Shown: one piece after another, positions 27,692 through 39,811 of the stretch | Layout of the letters: each line of letters opens with the position of its first letter | How positions within the stretch are numbered: the first letter of the stretch is position 1 | Source: Ramazzottius varieornatus | Lineage: Eukaryota; Animalia; Tardigrada | Direction: 5' to 3' | DNA length: 64,000 nt | NCBI GenBank assembly: GCA_001949185.1 | Contig: BDGG01000004.1 | Span: forward strand, 1,451,620-1,515,619 | Position numbers and translations under genes: made by a program | The notes under the pieces: generated by a model | Told to the model about the DNA's origin: nothing | What the model saw: the letters and a program-made list of their open reading frames with translations, nothing else | The model's database searches: none

Positions 27692-28083
27692 CTTTGATCT
27701 AAGTAAGGGAAATCAGCACGCGATACCAGGTTTAAGAACGAAGAAAAGTTATAATGATTCAGAGAAATCTCAATGGCATAGATGCAGTGCAGTTTGCTCA
27801 GTAGTACTCTACCCACCAAGTTAAAAAAGGGCTTGCGAAGCAGAGTTTTGATTGCCTGATTGACCGGAGTGGTAGCCCCGCATTGCCCGGACATAGATTA
27901 CGTTCTTCAATGCTTTCTGCCAGCCAGAGTATTACTGAAGACAACTCGGGCAAGTTTCTAATCGACGGGTGATTTTCTTCGTGATTCATGAACGAAGCCC
28001 CCCTTCGTTTCGTGAATCGCGAAGCGAATTATTAATGTTGAATCTTTAAACATTTCTAAATGCAATGGTTTTGGCCAGACTGT

Positions 28084-28121
28084 CGTTTGTTCAAACCATC
28101 TGTGCAAAACGCAAGGTGCCT
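28084..28121 (-). repeat. Right TIR of the Harbinger element
   Basis: Inverted match to 25305-25342, followed by the AAT TSD. Confidence 0.9.
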
Positions 28122-28279
28122 AATATACACTCTTTCCACCTTCTATTTTTCCTATTTCCATAGTCCATACTTGAATACTTTGAAGTCCCGTCTTCCTCAT
28201 TATTGTGATTCATATTCTTGCAGCCTCCTCGACGGATTCGCAGGACACGAAGAAGGATTCTGGACGGGAAACAGCCAAG

Positions 28280-29655
28280 ATGGTGCTGCTGGAGTCAGAG
28301 AAATTCCTGACGGAACTCGAAAAGTAAGCAGACTTGACCTGCTCTACCCATACAATTATTTTTCCTGGGGAAGGCTGTCAGCTAGTGCGGGCAGTCCTGC
28401 TTGAGCTCGTGTCGTGCACGTCAGGAAAGATGAGTGCGGGTCCAGGAGGGGATGTTACGGAAGTTCGGACGTCCCCTCAGTTCTCCGGTCGCATTTCCCC
28501 TATTGGCTTAGCATAACTCCTCAGTTAACGAACTTCGGTTACCCGCTGCAGGTACCAGGTACAAGAGCAAGATCAATATGTGGAGGACTGCGGAGGTCAA
28601 CCGTCCATTGCTGCCTTGGACCAGCAATCTGGCTTTGCATCTAAGAAACTTCATACCAGTTTCGCGTTCCTGCATTTAGCTTCAGATCAACAGTGTCAAA
28701 GGCTCGGGTTTGTACAAGAGAGCTCCATGCTTGGGGGAGACAAACACCAGGGTGGTCAGGAGTAGCGTGGTTGCTCCTGACTTTCCGCTATGCGTTTACA
28801 TTGAAGAAAGAACTGTGAAACGTTATATACGTTTTGGTACATCACGTCATCTGCTTTCTCTCCAAGCCGAGCTCTGATCGACGAGGTTGGACTTTGAGTA
28901 TCTCTGAACGTTTCATGGAAGACTTGTAGGTGGCAGGTGACGTAGAACCGAAGGTTGGACGACATGACTGCGTCGCGAAGGTCCTCTGGAGGTCGATGCG
29001 GAAGGCTTAATCTGACAGAAGGGTCTTGTGATGCGCACTCAAAGTCCACTGTGGGTTTCCTGACGCTGGGTCGGCGTGACCCAGAACATAGAACTTACGA
29101 GCATGTTTTTCTTCGTCTGCTATGGTAGATGCGCCATCAGCTATTTACTGTTTCTCGTTACACCGTCACTCGATCGTGATTCCATTGCGCAATTCTGATG
29201 CCGTACAGTCTGCCTAACGTTCTACTATATGTTTCGTTTTCAGGTGCTATACAGCATCGAAGGCCAAAAAGAAAGGCAGCCTATTTCTAACCATGAAACG
29301 ATTCGACGGTCGAGATAAACCCGTACCCAGACAGACGATAAAGGCAGACCTTCCCCAACCCGAAGAGTACCAGTGCCTCGTTCGCGTCGTTTACGGAAAA
29401 CGAAAGCTCACATGCAGGATATCCTCCCAGGAAATAAATAAATTTCAGATGGCTTTCTCCGCTTTGATGCGGTCGGGCATGAGTAATCTGGGCAAAGCTT
29501 CCGCGCAGACAGTTTTTTTCACCCAGACGAAAGAGAGTACCACTTCCCAGTCGTCGAAGAGTACATCCACATCTGCCAAGGTCTCCAGTGCCGCTGGAGG
29601 ATCCACGGCCTCGCCGAAGAAGAGTCCGAAGCCGGTGACCAAGAAAAAGCCATAG
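28280..29655 (+). CDS. SRP14: Signal recognition particle 14 kDa subunit, 2 coding exons (28280-28323, 29244-29655)
   Basis: MVLLESEKFLTELEK-CYTASKAKKKGSLFLTMKRFDGRDKPVP...CLVRVVYGKRKLTCRISSQEINKFQMAFSALMRSGMSNL matches the SRP14 consensus. Splice phases agree. Confidence 0.93.
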
Positions 29656-30362
29656 TCTTTCGTGCTTATGATTGCAATTCTCATTCCACATAGCCAATCT
29701 ACCATAGTAGAAATACATGATTGCAGAAGAATGGTCAAATAAAGGGAAAGTTTCGTTCTTCTGTTCGGTAGTTTCGCTTTGACCGCTGTTTGGACTATGG
29801 AGTACATCCGTGCGATTAACGGGTCCTTTGCAGAGTATTTAGTGATGCGCGATAAGGTTATTCTTCTCAGTTTAACTCAATCTACCGCCAGAAGCACAAC
29901 CTTTTGGTTTCAAATTCATTGTGTTTTCAAAGTGCGTTTCAGAAGGACAAATGCAGCAAATCTGCGAACTGGACATCACACATTTTTTTAGAACATTTTC
30001 TAAAGGCAGCGAAATACTGAGCGCGACACAGTCAAACTATGAAACGTTTCATGACTTCCGAGAGACGAAAGAAAAATGAAAGCATTGCAGTTGACAATTT
30101 GGTGCATGGAGGAAAGATGAACAACCTTCTACATTCGAGCGATGAAGAGTCCACATGAGAATGTCTGTTGCGGAAATGACGGGCAGAAAAGCAACAGCCA
30201 ACTACAGGACCCAACCAACGTTCAGGCGCCACACCTTGGGGGCAAAAGCGCCCAACAGGAAAAACTGTACACCGTACAGCCGTCAAAAGCTTCGAACTGG
30301 CACCGCTGCACAAAACGACCCTACTTATAATATATACAAAACATAAAAAGAATATCTGTCCT

Positions 30363-31941
30363 TCAGATATCCATTTCGAACTGAGGATCTTCCGCTTCTG
30401 CAAAAAGAAACAAACCCAATTAACCAAATGAATCTATACTTCCGGCGGAAATCAACAAGCTAAGGCTTACCAGGCTTGGATGGGCTCTTGCTTTTACTTA
30501 AAGCTGGAGACTCTCGAGGAGGAGATGCGGCGATGCCGTTGGTAACGCCGGGAATAAACTTCATATTGGAAGGAGGAGTTTTGGTCATGGGCGAGCAGCT
30601 GAGCTTGAGCAACAATGAGCGGTCATAAACAATGCGCGTACCTGGAAGACAAGAAATCACAAGTCACCTTATCAGCTGCTGGGCTTTTTCCGCCAACTGC
30701 ACCACGCTTTTTGCTGGTTAAGCAAATGACTACTTGATTGTATTTCCTTAGTCTCGTGACACTTGAAAACAAACCGATGAAACATGAAACCTGGCGCCGG
30801 AAGCCTTATTTGGAAAACCACAAGAACAACTCGAACTTCGACTATGTTCCAACTTGTCTCTGATGATGAACTGGAAAAGCAAAGAATATTGTGTCTACTA
30901 GCTCCCGGATCATCCTCCGTATCTTTCAGGTCGAACTTTAACCAGACAGAAGTTCCAATAAGTTAGCTGGAATATCGTATTGGGGTATTCTCCAGTTATT
31001 CTGTAAGTTTCGCGGCTTCGCCGGTGCGAATTATATTTCTATACTTCTTGGCACCTTCCGCTGCCAACCTAGTTTCTCGAGAGTTTGTGGCGTGCTGGTA
31101 AACAGCATATCGCAACAGTTTCTGTTGACGTGTAGCACCAAAGGCCAAAGCTACCAGGAAAAGCGTATTTTGAAGTAAATTTAGCTCAACTCAAGATCAC
31201 GCTGCTGAGTTATCTTCGCGCACATGAGGCCTGCCTGTAACAGTAAACACGACGTCTGTCGAATCGGCAGATGCTTCATAGGCAAGAACTTGTTATTGAC
31301 TGGGTTCTACACAGGGAGAAGGCCTTTATCGCGGGGGTGCTTCAGTCAGCAGCCTCGGCTGATGAAACCTACGGGCAAAACCTGACTTTGGCTATTCTGG
31401 TAGAAAGTCAACTCGTGCGCAGTCAGTGTTGGCCAACATCCAGGCACCCTCCTCGATCACATGAACAAGCCACTTATATGACTCGTTACTAGAATTTACC
31501 CTGCCGTAAAAACCTCCATGTTGTTTCTCCCCCCTCTTTTCAGCACGAAGATCCACCAAAAACGGCCTACAGAAAAATGACGCTGTAACCTTGCTCAGTC
31601 AAAACGGCCTTTCTGTGACTTCTTCTCTTCCGGTGATGGCCTGCAACTCAACCCTAACCTCCGGGTGGGTATCCCGTTTGAAAAATTCCACTGCAAACTT
31701 GGACACAATCAAACGCAGGCGAGAGTTGATAACATTTCATCAGCATGAAAGCATCGATTAGAATTTCGAGCTACGACCGACGGAGAACATTTGGCTCACC
31801 TCCAGGTGTTGTGCAGTACATGGTGCCATTCGGCGTGCTGGCTAAGTCCCGGGGGATCTGCGAAGGATCCGTGATCATGATTCGTCGGACGGGAATTTCT
31901 CGAATCTCGTTAAAGCGACGATCGGTCTGAACGCTACCCAT
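30363..31941 (-). CDS. EIF4EBP: eIF4E-binding protein (4E-BP/Thor), 3 coding exons
   Basis: [25 protein letters not shown] (YxxxxL-phi motif), SP and TPP phosphosites, IPGVT non-canonical motif, and C-terminal TOS motif QFEMDI*. Confidence 0.96.
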
Positions 31942-32504
31942 TTTTGCAGCAGGAGGAGGAATCGCAGGTCGTTATATTATTACACGCTAAATGCTAGAAG
32001 CAGGGAAGAACTGAAGGCGAATAATACGTGGGAAAGAAATGAAGAATCACAATAAAAGCATATTAATCTGTAAGAGAAGAGACCCATCCACCGGAAGACG
32101 ACTGAAGTTTCAGATTTTATAAACTTCGTGACAGTCTAAACCAAGCTGGGCTGTGCTGCGCGGTTCGATTGGACGGCAGACAACGGATGGGAGGTCTTTT
32201 GGCACATGATTAATGGCAGAAAGTCAGCTGATCAGGGTTTTCCTGGAAGCCCACTCTGTTTACGCTAAAGAGAGTTACCGAGAGACAACACGGAATTAAC
32301 GAGTTTATGCGATTCAGTGGTGGTTTGTACGTACAGATCATGTACGTCATCCAAGGTTACCGTTTGACGTCAGAGATGACTCAACTTGCTCCAGGTCCAG
32401 GAGAAAATCAGAGGATTAAAAATTTAAAATATTTTATACGGCTGTTTTTTGTGCAGCTTCCGGAATACACCGGGATTCTACAACTCCCTCATCCCTATCG
32501 CAGG

Positions 32505-34022
32505 ATGACTCGTTTCTACTTGCCTCTTGCAGTATTGCTGCTGGTGGTATACACAATTGCTGCAAAGGGTGGCGGCAAGTACTCAAAGGAGAAGAATCGC
32601 CTGAAGGAGGAAACGGTCTTCCGTGACATAGCTCTGGAAAAAGTGCTGAAGTCTTCCGGCTCGGCGAAGTTCCGTACGGCCAAACTGGCTGCTGTTTGGG
32701 AGAAGGCTCAGAAGGTATGTGAGGTCTGAGATGCAGCTGGACTTGAAGTCAAAGGTGCTACTTCCCTCAGCGGGACCATAGAAATTCCTTGTTTTGTATG
32801 CTGCTTTATGCGTTACAGAGACTTAACATCGATGACCAACGGGACGTCTTCGACGATCTACAAGAGCTGGACAAGGAAGAAATTACGCTGAAACGAGTGC
32901 GACATGACGGGGGCGACAAGGTACGTACCGCAAGCTAACTTCTGCCTTTAACGAATATCGCCATGATGACTTCCGCCTCTTTATAGAATGGAGACATAGC
33001 GGCTAGCTTACGGGACAAGCTACACGCTTTGCTGGAGCGATACGACCTGCTGACTCCTCTTCACGATCCGGTGGAAACCAAGAGCAAGAAGACTAGTAGA
33101 GACCCATCGCCCTCCTTCACTCCACCACCTGCAGTTTTCAGTGACAAGAAGCTGAACAAACTGTGGGCCAAAGCACAGAAAGCAGGCTTTTCTGGTAAGT
33201 TGCTATGTACTTCCGGCTACTTCCTCCTTCCACTTATTACAGTCTACATTTCTGCCTTCAGAGGCGGACCTTCGTACTTTACATACTGAGTTCGAGCACC
33301 ACCAGCAGAAGCTGGACGAGTACCGAAACATCTACGACGCCGAACCTTCAGGAACCGATCAAGGTAAGTCCTACAAAAAATGCTTCGATTACGTGTTCAA
33401 GTACGGAGCGGTGACTATCTTAAAAAGCTGGCTGAACTTTGCTGAATGGCAGATGCGAATGACGTTAAGTGGGAGCGGCTTTCGGACGACTTGACACCGG
33501 AAGAGCGAGAAGCCATGGACTTGCCACCGCTGAAGCCTTCAGCTGACGACACTGTGAAAGTGGACTCTGCCATCAGGAACATCGTGAAAGGATACAGTGC
33601 GCTCAAAAACAAAGTGACCGGTATACCTGCTGAGCCAACTATGGGAGACTTCGTGGAAAGCAAAGTGGAGACCTTGTGGAAATCGGCTCTGCAAGCCGGC
33701 TTCTCTCGTGACGAACTCCTGTCCCTTCGAGTAAGAGGAGAATACTCCCTTTTGATTTTCCGTACTGACTGTTTCACAAAGGATTGCTTTACAGAACGAG
33801 CTGCATCACTTCGAACGCAAGCTGCAAAAGCAACGAAACATCGAAGCGGGAATACAAGATATGGACAGCGGCAAGTATGAGCAAGATGTGTACGCGAAGC
33901 GCGGAGAACGAAGTGATGAACACGTCGATCTAAACCAGAAGGCGAAGCACCACGCGAGCCGAATCGATTCCATGCACCGAGACTTCGAACGCCGCATCGA
34001 CAGTCGACATAACGAGCTCTAA
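32505..34022 (+). CDS. LRPAP1: LDL receptor-related protein-associated protein (RAP), ER chaperone
   Basis: Signal peptide, KYSKEKN, FRTAKLAAVWEKAQK, two repeats of the KL..LW..A..AGFS type, and C-terminal ER-retention signal HNEL*. Confidence 0.95.
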
Positions 34023-34212
34023 AAATTGATATCTTTCCCTTCTCTTTATTCGAATGTCTTTCCTTTATTCACATGCCACAAGTATTTCAGTTCTACTAAT
34101 AACGTGCCTTCCCGTTTTACTGATGAGTTCATCTCTTACACTCGAATCTGTACCGGTCTGCCGATGTTATTTACATGTATGTTGAACCATTTTACTGTAT
34201 CGGAATAGTCTC

Positions 34213-35241
34213 TCAAGAGGCAGCTTTCTCTCCGTGGACTAGTTTCTCTTCCAGTTTTGCGAATTCTTTCTCCGAGATCGCGTCGACTTCGTCTTTCACT
34301 TCTTCGATGCCCATTACTTCCGGTATATAAAACTGTAACATATTCTGAACTCCGTTCCTTAAAGTTACCGTAGAGCTCGGACAAGTTGTGCATGATCCTA
34401 GCAGTTTCAATTTCACTATGCCATCCTCGAAGCCCTGAAATCTGATATTGATAACTTGCATGCCACTTCCAGTTCGTGAGACACTTGGCCCACCTTATAT
34501 ATAATGTCGCCGCCGTCTTCCTGCACGGTCGGTCGAATTCTTGAGTCTATCAGCTCCTTGATCATGGCAACGGTATCATCATCTTCGTCCGAAGCACTGC
34601 CCGAATCTGCTTCCTGTTTCTCGTTCATGAGTGGTAGGTTACTAGCGAAGAAGTCCATAATGGTAGCGTATATCTCAGGCTTGGTGACTTTCCAGTCCAC
34701 ATCCTCGTCCACCCTCGTGACTGTTATGAAGTCTGGTCCGAAGAATACCGATTTCACTCCTTCGATCCGAAATAGCAACCTTGATAGCAAGCGTTACGGT
34801 TACTCGACCATGAGCTGAGGATGAGGATCTGGCCATAAAAGAAACAGTACATACCGTGCTAACGGCGATCTACTGGCCTCGGATATCGAACTGAAATCTG
34901 CCGTGCCGCTTTCCATAACTTGCCTCCCAGGAAGAAACTTTAAACTGTTGGGGTTTGGAGTCTCCTGGGTCTGTATGAACATCGTTCTCGACTGACCTGA
35001 AAGCAACAACACACGGATCAAGATTCGGGAGAAATGATAAGACAGCAACTGCACCATAAAGGTACTAACATCGGAAGACAGTAAATGCTCCCGAAAGCTT
35101 CATTTCGCTTCCATGTTTCATGGTCGGCGATGCCATAGGTAGGCGATGAATAAATCTCGACGGCGCTTGGCATTCTGGTTTTCTCCTCAGCAAACGAATG
35201 CTCCGACAGGATATCCTCAAACAGCTGCGACACGAACTCAT
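34213..35241 (-). CDS. NFU1: Mitochondrial Fe-S cluster scaffold NFU1
   Basis: Arg-rich presequence, [39 protein letters not shown], and [28 protein letters not shown] (CxxC). Start codon inferred. Confidence 0.95.
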
Positions 35242-35730
35242 TGTAAGGCAGCCTTTCCCAGCCTAATCACGACCGAAGTCCGGTTGTCTTGTACGAATGA
35301 ACGGCAACTCTTCTGTAAGGTCGATAGCAGGAACTACGTGGAGGTCTAAAACTCGCGGAGAAACTTTCGTGGAGGTGAGCCTCTTATCTGTCTAAAGAAG
35401 AAAGGCGAAAACTCAAACGGAAAACCAAAACAAATCGCCTTCGTCTGTTTGACGCTTGATAAAGTCTCCATCGATCAAACAATCAAACCGGAACTAAATC
35501 GCGATTCTCCTCACGAACTTTGTGGAAAACCCATATTAAAATTTTGAAAACTTCAAATTCGTCGACCGAAAACTAAAATGCAACTAACAGTCCGCGGGAT
35601 TGTGCCTGGTCTGACGTATGCATCGAACCATGTCTACGGCTATCGTATGCGTGTTGGTTGGTTATTATCCCGTGCCACGACCCCTGTTTCTTTTCTTTTT
35701 ATTTTGCAACAAATAAAACAAAAAAGGTGG

Positions 35731-38700
35731 CTAATTGAAAAGCTGTTGTAAAAAATTGGGCATCAACTGTACAGCACTGCTAGGAAAAGTGGCCCGTTCA
35801 TCAAGCTTCGCGTATTCTACATGCATCTCTCGAGCGTCCTTGCGCCAAGTATGAGAATCAAAGAACTGATACTTTCCCCGCTCGTAGAGGGCAGTCTTCT
35901 CTATCGGAGGCTGATTTGATATTCGAGTTATCCAAATCTTTTCTTCCTTATGAAATCGCCAGTCTCTCGCATACCTGAAACGACGAGCCAAATTAAAAAA
36001 CCCGAAACGGAAGTACATAAACCCTGAAACTAATCGACCAAAAAGCCGAGAAACATCTTACAGTTCCATCGCTGCCGCATACTGCATGATGTCTCCGGGA
36101 AAACCATAAAACAGATAAAAGAGCAGGTCTTCAGAAAACCTGCTGATCCGAGGAGGTGTAATCTGGACGAAAGAAACAGCCATCATAACATTCGACAGCA
36201 CAAAATGCAAGTTCCGGAATCGTATATCGTACCTTATCTTTCGGCATGGTGATGGATACGAGATATTCTGCGGGGACATCCACGTCTAGCGGCAAAAGAG
36301 ACATTTTTCAGTCGGTCTTCGCACAAATCGAATCCACATTAGGCTTACCGAGATGGCAAATATGTGCTGTACATGCTTCGCTAATGTAGCTATGGAGGAA
36401 TGGATAACCTTTGAACCGTTTCGGTGTTGCGCTGTAAATGTAGAGTTGATATCATCGGGTCTTTCGTTGCAAATATACAGTATAAATATCTTACTCAAGA
36501 GGATTGAAAACAAGACCAAGAGCATGGAGATCACATCCTACAGACGTCAAAGGTAGATGCTGGTTCCCGGACAGACACTTCATGTATTGCAAGAAGCCGA
36601 AGAGTCCGAAGTGGTCTTGGACAATCGATGGAGGTACGTACACTGGCTTCGGTACGACTGCAAACGGAGAAGAAACATCAGAAACGATAATTTAGCGATA
36701 GAAATTTTAAAATGAAACTTGAGTGGAGTTATTTACCACCAGATGAGAAGAACTCCGAGGCTTCGGATGGCGCTTGTGCCTGCGGAAAAGCTGAGGAGGC
36801 GAGACTGGTGCGAGCTGAGTTGTCCAGTTGCCCTCTCCGATACGATGGTATACTTTGCAGAGTCCTGTCCGATGCGCTAGAGTCCGACTGGAAATACGTG
36901 TTCATGTTGGTACTGTTGGATGATGGTTGACCGTAGTTTAGCTGGTTACTCAACGAACTACTCAGGCTCGAAGTTGAGTTTGGAGTCGCTCGATCGCCTG
37001 ACGACTAAAACCAAACACAAAAGTCAGTAAAATTTCTTCCGCCGAACAGAAACATAACTGGCATTCAGTGGAAGTACATTAGCGAAATTGGTTCCTGCTA
37101 TTCGTTCGACTTACATCACCGGACACAACCCTGCTCTTTTCCTTCTCGAAGGCCAGAGAAAAGCCTCTGCTTATGCTGCCCGAATCGTCTCCTCGGCTGA
37201 GTAGCTGTCCAGTTGATGTTCCATCCGTTCCGGGTAACGCAGGGAAGTCTTCGTGGTGCATCTGGAACTCGTTATGGATGTCCCGCGTGCCATCCTTGCC
37301 CATGCCTGCACCCATTATGAAGGTTAAACCAAACTACGGGGGAATGGATTAGCAAGGAAAACGCACCATAGCCTTTAGAACCTTGCGATAAAACATTTGC
37401 GAAACTAATGGGGTTCTCCAGTCGGCTCCTCGATGATAACGATGGGAAATCCGAAATGTCAAAGAGGGGCCCTTCAGATCCTGCAGAATCAAACCTTCTT
37501 AATCGAGAAACTAAGCAACACGTATCCGAGATCGTCTGGAGAGAATCAAACTTACCGTTCGTGGAGTTGAACATGTTGTTCCGCATGAATGTCGATCTAT
37601 ACCGAACAAAAAATACGATGTTGACTTTCTCTCTTGTTATTCGCACCAGATCGACTTACGATCCGAAACTAGACATCCCAGGTCCATTCGATAACCTCTT
37701 CAAGTCTTGTGCTCGCTTCATGAATGAGTTTCTCGTCAGGTCGTCAAAACCGGTAGATTTCATGGAGTTTAGGTTGAAATTCGAACTGGAAAGAGAATAT
37801 ACGTAAGTTAAGGAAAACTCCAAAATAAACAGAACCAATCCCATAAAACCGGTCGGGGACCGTGCTTACTTCAAATTCACAGGCTGAGACTGTCCGGAAT
37901 ACTGACTCGGTGCGAAGGGACTAGCGGAGTAGGAGGATGTCGATGATGAGCCGAAGCCAGGAGTTCCGGACGGTGAGGGATGTTGCCCTACTGACAAGCC
38001 CCTCGAAAATCCGCTTCCCCCGTTCACCGCAGTCACAGGCCGAGAGTTCGAGTTGGTGTTCGTGTAGCCTAATGATATGCTCGCTAGACCGCCGCTGCTG
38101 GAGCTATGGCCTGCAGCAAAATGAAGATTAGCCTAATTAACTAATTCCTTACCGAACGCCTTTCCGAACGATAGTTCGTCTTTACGTTCATCGCAGATCT
38201 TCATCGCAGATCTTCCCAAAATACTTACTCAAGGAGGAAGGCAGACCGGATGCTCCACTGGCCGGTGACTGTGGCCTTTGCAGCTGTACATACGAATACC
38301 GTTATTAGTAAAACTTCCACAAGGCCAAATGGTGCCATGCTGTTTCTCACCTCCCGGTCGTTTCGAGATCCAAACATGGCCGATCCATAAGAAGATCCAA
38401 AGGTGGAATAGTCCGAGCCAAAATCGTTGTTGGTCGTCAGGGTGGCGGAGGGAAAGCCCTGAAATTATCGAAGAGATGACCGTGTGGCTGTCAATAGCAG
38501 AAAGACGATTATCGATCTTCAATTTCTCACAGTTTGAGTTGGCTTCCTGCTCGCCGAGAAGTTCCCTATCTCCGATGCTCCCATCGATGTTCTTGAGTTT
38601 AGCAGCGAGCTGTAATCGAGCAAACCATGACGAACGCATAAACAACCAGGTGGCAAAGACAGTAAGAGAACATTCAGCTCATAAAGCTATTGTTCATCGG

Positions 38701-38783
38701 GTGAACACATCGATGAGAATGAGACTGAGTTAAAATCAATTAATCAATTAACTAACCTTCCCGTTGTTCCAGGCATATCCCAT
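35731..38783 (-). CDS. CNOT2: CCR4-NOT subunit 2 (NOT2/Regena), multi-exon
   Basis: FDISDFPSL and EDFPALPG motifs, DHFGLFG, GCDLHALGL, and NOT box FSEDLLFYLFY...ELYARDWRFHKEEKIWI...YERGKYQFFD..TWRK. The 5' exons are less certain. Confidence 0.9.
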
Positions 38784-39811
38784 AACAGCTGTTCCGTGGT
38801 GTATCTGCAAACAGAACTTTGCAATAAAAGAACCACCAAACGTTAGAACGACTGCTCTAGGCAGGCCCAGCAATCCCACTGAAAGAAGCTAGCACATGAA
38901 GGTTCATCGGAAGTACGCAAAGGATGCAGCTGTTTTCGTCACAGCGTGTTATCAAAACATGGCTGGGCTGCACTTACGGGTTGTAAGCCATCTTTGTCAA
39001 GAGATTATCCTGGTATTCAGAGAGATGTTGGGAAAGAATCATAGCATCGTACGGTGCTGGACTGTGTCTCAAAGAAAACGAGAAAACTTGAACACATAAA
39101 CAGTTTGTTTTTCTTATTCGCGAACTCAGAGAATCAGCTCACCCTCGTAAAATAAAATAAAAGCCTTGTAGAAAATCTCAAGTCCTCAACAGAACAAAGC
39201 CCATGATGTACGTACGTCCTGCTACGCTTCTTAGCCTTATAAATGGCCTACAGATTTCATTCATGAGTGACGCAGTGGTGGTATACCACCGTGCCAGTAA
39301 CAGTTACGCTACCATCAGTGGAAAATTTAATGAGAAACAGACCACTGCATCGCTACGGGATGGTGGTAGTGACACAGTGCGCACTGCGCATCGCTTGCTT
39401 TGCGCTGTTCTGGGTCCAACTCGCCGTTTCGCTCAGGGCCCCTGGGGGTCAACCCGCAATGAGAGTCACTGTGGCAAAGTGGAATAAGTGACTCAATTAC
39501 TGGTATTGGATCAATAATTTAACTTTCACGATCTTTACTCCTGAAGAAATTTTCTGTTTTAGTCTGAATCTACTTTCGTGGTAAACAAAGGAATAACGGT
39601 AAACAACGGGGAAAACCGACGAGGGAAGTAAAATTAGTTCGCGGTTATGTACTGCAATTCGGTCGGACCACCGAACCGGTCCGAAACTCTGTAATTCACC
39701 GAGCATTTAGTGATACCTGTCGGGTAATATTCTAAGTAACAAGAATCTATGGCACACAACATGAACGACAACAAGACCAAAAAATAACTTACAACAGGAG
39801 TAAAACCAAAA

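Larger units (their letters stand above)
25305..28121. mobile_element. PIF/Harbinger DNA transposon, full length, two convergent genes, frameshifted
   Basis: 38-bp imperfect TIRs (25305-25342 and 28084-28121, 31/38 identical) and a 3-bp TSD AAT (25302-25304 and 28122-28124). Contains a DDE transposase on + and a Myb/SANT-like gene on -. Confidence 0.93.

Noticed and set aside
15460-31657. Short inverted similarity (TTAGGGTTGAG at ~15460 and CTCAACCCTAA at ~31646) as telomeric or MITE remnant
   Set aside because: Too short, with no tandem telomeric array or defined ends.
38187-38215. 13-bp tandem duplication TTCATCGCAGATC in a CNOT2 intron
   Set aside because: Ordinary slippage duplication with no functional sign.
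39272-39348. GCAGTGGT...ACCACTGC inverted repeat as a MITE or structured RNA
   Set aside because: Only an 8-bp stem, with no TSD and no recognisable RNA motifs.
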